Shown piece after piece: positions 25,166 to 27,175 of a DNA stretch of 27,175 nt (the stretch's first letter is position 1; the number at the start of each line of letters is the position of its first letter). The translations under genes and the position numbers were made by a program. This DNA is from a virus. Its lineage: Duplodnaviria; Caudoviricetes. The stretch lies in IMG/VR virus record IMGVR_UViG_3300023176_002188, positions 1-27,175 of that record. One strand, given 5' to 3'. A model generated the notes under the pieces. That model did not search any database. It saw nothing but the letters and a program-made list of their open reading frames with translations, and was not told the DNA's origin.

Positions 25166-27175
25166 TGCCAAGTAAATCTTTATCATTTGCTAAATTATTA
25201 GGATCAGATAATAAGTTGTCTACGGATACTTTTTCAGATAATGTTTCTACGATTGAACAAGCTTCGAATACCGATGTATTAACTAACTTAGGTAATGCTG
25301 TTGGAGATCAGAGACTGGTAGGAAGTAATCTTTACATCTGGAACGGAACAGGCTGGTATAGGATTGCTTTAATCAATCAAACTCCTACTTGGGATTCTGG
25401 TGGACAACCTTCCACATCTTATGAATTAGATGCTGATAGTCCTCAAGATGCAACCATCATAGTCCTTGCTGCATCCGATCCAGACGGTCTGCCAATTGTG
25501 TACTCTTACGTAACTAGTGGATCTATGGACAGTATGGCTACTATTAGTCAAGATTCAAGTGTATTTACGATCACACCTAAAACTGTTACTGAAGTAGGAG
25601 GAGCCGTTGAATTAACTGGGTCGATTACATTTAGAGCATCAGACGGTATTAATATTCTTCCTAGTGTATCAAGTTTTACACTTAATTTTATTACTATTAT
25701 AGAAAATAGCAAATATACAACTTTATTAGCAACAGCAGTTGATACATCTGACAACAATAACATAACTGATTCTTCAACAAACAATCAGACGATTACGGTA
25801 ACTGGAGATGTTCATGCTGGTACGTTTAGTCCGTATCGGCATGGTGGATATAGTACTTACTTTGATGGGTCTGGGGATAGTTTAGCTATTGCAGATGACG
25901 CAAGTTTAGAGTTTGGTTCCGACAATTTTACCTTAGAAATGTGGTATAAAGGTTCTGACACTGATCAATATGCAACACTGACAGCAAAAGGGACTACAGT
26001 GTTTAGCAGCGGTAACTGGTCGTTGATGTTGAACCACACTGTTACTGGGGACATAGCATTTTATGTGTATGAATACAGCGTCAGTGCGCCGATACTTATT
26101 ACTGGCGATGTCCATTCTTCCGATAATAATTGGACCCATATTGCTGTGGTTAGGTCTGGGTCTAGTTGGAATTTATATGTTAATGGGACGTCACAAGCAA
26201 ATAGAACATCCTCTATCACACTAGCCAACAGTAGTGCCAATCTTGGTATTGGTGCAGACCTTTATTATGGACGAAATTTAGCGGGGTATATTTCTGATTA
26301 TCGTATTGTTAATGGAGCCGCTCTTTACACATCCGCATTCACCCCACCAACTGAACGCCTTACTGCAGTAACAAACACTTCTCTACTTACCTGCCACCTT
26401 CCATATATAGCTGATGGCTCTTCCAATGGTCACTCAATCACAATAAACGGTAATACTTCAACAAAACCATTCGGCCCTTATGATTACAATGAATACGAAG
26501 CAGCAGATCATGGCGGGTCTGTTTATTTTGATGGGACTGGGGATTTATTAACTATTACCAATGATGCCGCATTAGATTTTGGTACTGGAGATTTTACTAT
26601 TGAAGCATGGGTCTATAATACAGGAACGGATTACTTTAGTATTTGGCAAAACGCTCCTGTTCTAACAACAACAGATACGAGCCGAGCATTCTTTGGCATT
26701 CAAGCCACTAACGGTTCAGTTAGTTTTGCTAGACATGCTGGAGGAGGCTCCATAGTTACAAGTTCGAATGTTGCTCCTAAAAATCAGTGGAATCATGTCG
26801 TTTTAGTTAGAGATTCAACATCAGTAAGAATATATGTCAATGGCGTAGAAGAAGCCTCCACAACCGATACAGCTCTTACCAGTTACGGCTTTGGACAACA
26901 TACTATTACGGTTGGATACAGAATAACACCAAATTATGGGCAAGGGTATATATCCGATTTAAAAACTGTAAAGGGAACTGCTTTATATACCGCAAACTTT
27001 ACACCACCAACAGTACCGCTAACAGCAACTAGTGGTACTGGTTTACTACTTAGCGGAACAGACGCTTCTATTATTGATAAATCACAAACCAGTAATCTAC
27101 AGCTTGTCGGAAACACTACTGGTTCAACGACTCAGGTTAAGTTTGCGGATACTAAGTCAATGTATTTTGATGGAA
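25165..27175 (+). CDS. Partial (3'-truncated by window) LamG-domain fibre/adhesin protein, paralogue of 6411-8954
   Basis: ATG overlaps the upstream TAA (TAATG); the frame reads open to the window end (>=670 codons): MPSKSLSFAKLLG...LYIWNGTGWY...FRASDG...HAGTFSPYRHGGYS...WTHIAVVR...WNHVVLVR...KFADTKSMYFDG. Missing from the ORF track because it has no stop in the window. Confidence 0.9.
   Translation, partial: MPSKSLSFAKLLGSDNKLSTDTFSDNVSTIEQASNTDVLTNLGNAVGDQRLVGSNLYIWNGTGWYRIALINQTPTWDSGGQPSTSYELDADSPQDATIIVLAASDPDGLPIVYSYVTSGSMDSMATISQDSSVFTITPKTVTEVGGAVELTGSITFRASDGINILPSVSSFTLNFITIIENSKYTTLLATAVDTSDNNNITDSSTNNQTITVTGDVHAGTFSPYRHGGYSTYFDGSGDSLAIADDASLEFGSDNFTLEMWYKGSDTDQYATLTAKGTTVFSSGNWSLMLNHTVTGDIAFYVYEYSVSAPILITGDVHSSDNNWTHIAVVRSGSSWNLYVNGTSQANRTSSITLANSSANLGIGADLYYGRNLAGYISDYRIVNGAALYTSAFTPPTERLTAVTNTSLLTCHLPYIADGSSNGHSITINGNTSTKPFGPYDYNEYEAADHGGSVYFDGTGDLLTITNDAALDFGTGDFTIEAWVYNTGTDYFSIWQNAPVLTTTDTSRAFFGIQATNGSVSFARHAGGGSIVTSSNVAPKNQWNHVVLVRDSTSVRIYVNGVEEASTTDTALTSYGFGQHTITVGYRITPNYGQGYISDLKTVKGTALYTANFTPPTVPLTATSGTGLLLSGTDASIIDKSQTSNLQLVGNTTGSTTQVKFADTKSMYFDG

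Noticed and set aside
6411-27175. Diversity-generating retroelement or invertase shufflon behind the paralogous fibre repeats
   Set aside because: No reverse transcriptase or recombinase in the window, all repeats are direct and coding, and differences are mostly synonymous rather than adenine-specific.
1-27175. tRNA/ncRNA genes, introns, inteins or stop-codon recoding
   Set aside because: Intergenic gaps are too short for RNA genes, no intron/intein or homing-endonuclease motifs were recognised, and genes end normally at TAA, TAG and TGA.

Overview
An AT-rich, gene-dense window coded entirely on the + strand, from the late (virion) region of a T4-like myovirus, probably a marine phage of a Gram-negative host. 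This rests on exact T4 late-promoter motifs (TATAAATA) ahead of gene blocks, an Rz/Rz1-type spanin pair, a gp9/gp10-like domain and typical marine-phage fibre repeats. Two gene classes alternate. (1) Charged proteins, many starting with a ~10-aa leader resembling the T4 capsid-targeting sequence (M-x-x-F-K-x-[FHYL]-I-x-E). They include a ligase-fold nucleotidyltransferase, a HIGH-family nucleotidyltransferase and several mosaic proteins whose short modules are separated by [ILV]-x-E linkers matching T4 prohead-protease sites. I infer a capsid-packaged, protease-matured 'polyprotein' cargo system. (2) A family of modular fibre/adhesin genes (LamG, Gly-rich, beta-propeller, beta-helix-like, cupredoxin-like domains) sharing N-terminal leaders and conserved junction blocks, plus a 66-bp scar of one family member that appears to have been deleted. 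A partial ORF at 25165 to the window end is absent from the supplied ORF track. All family assignments come from motif recognition by eye; no database searches were run.
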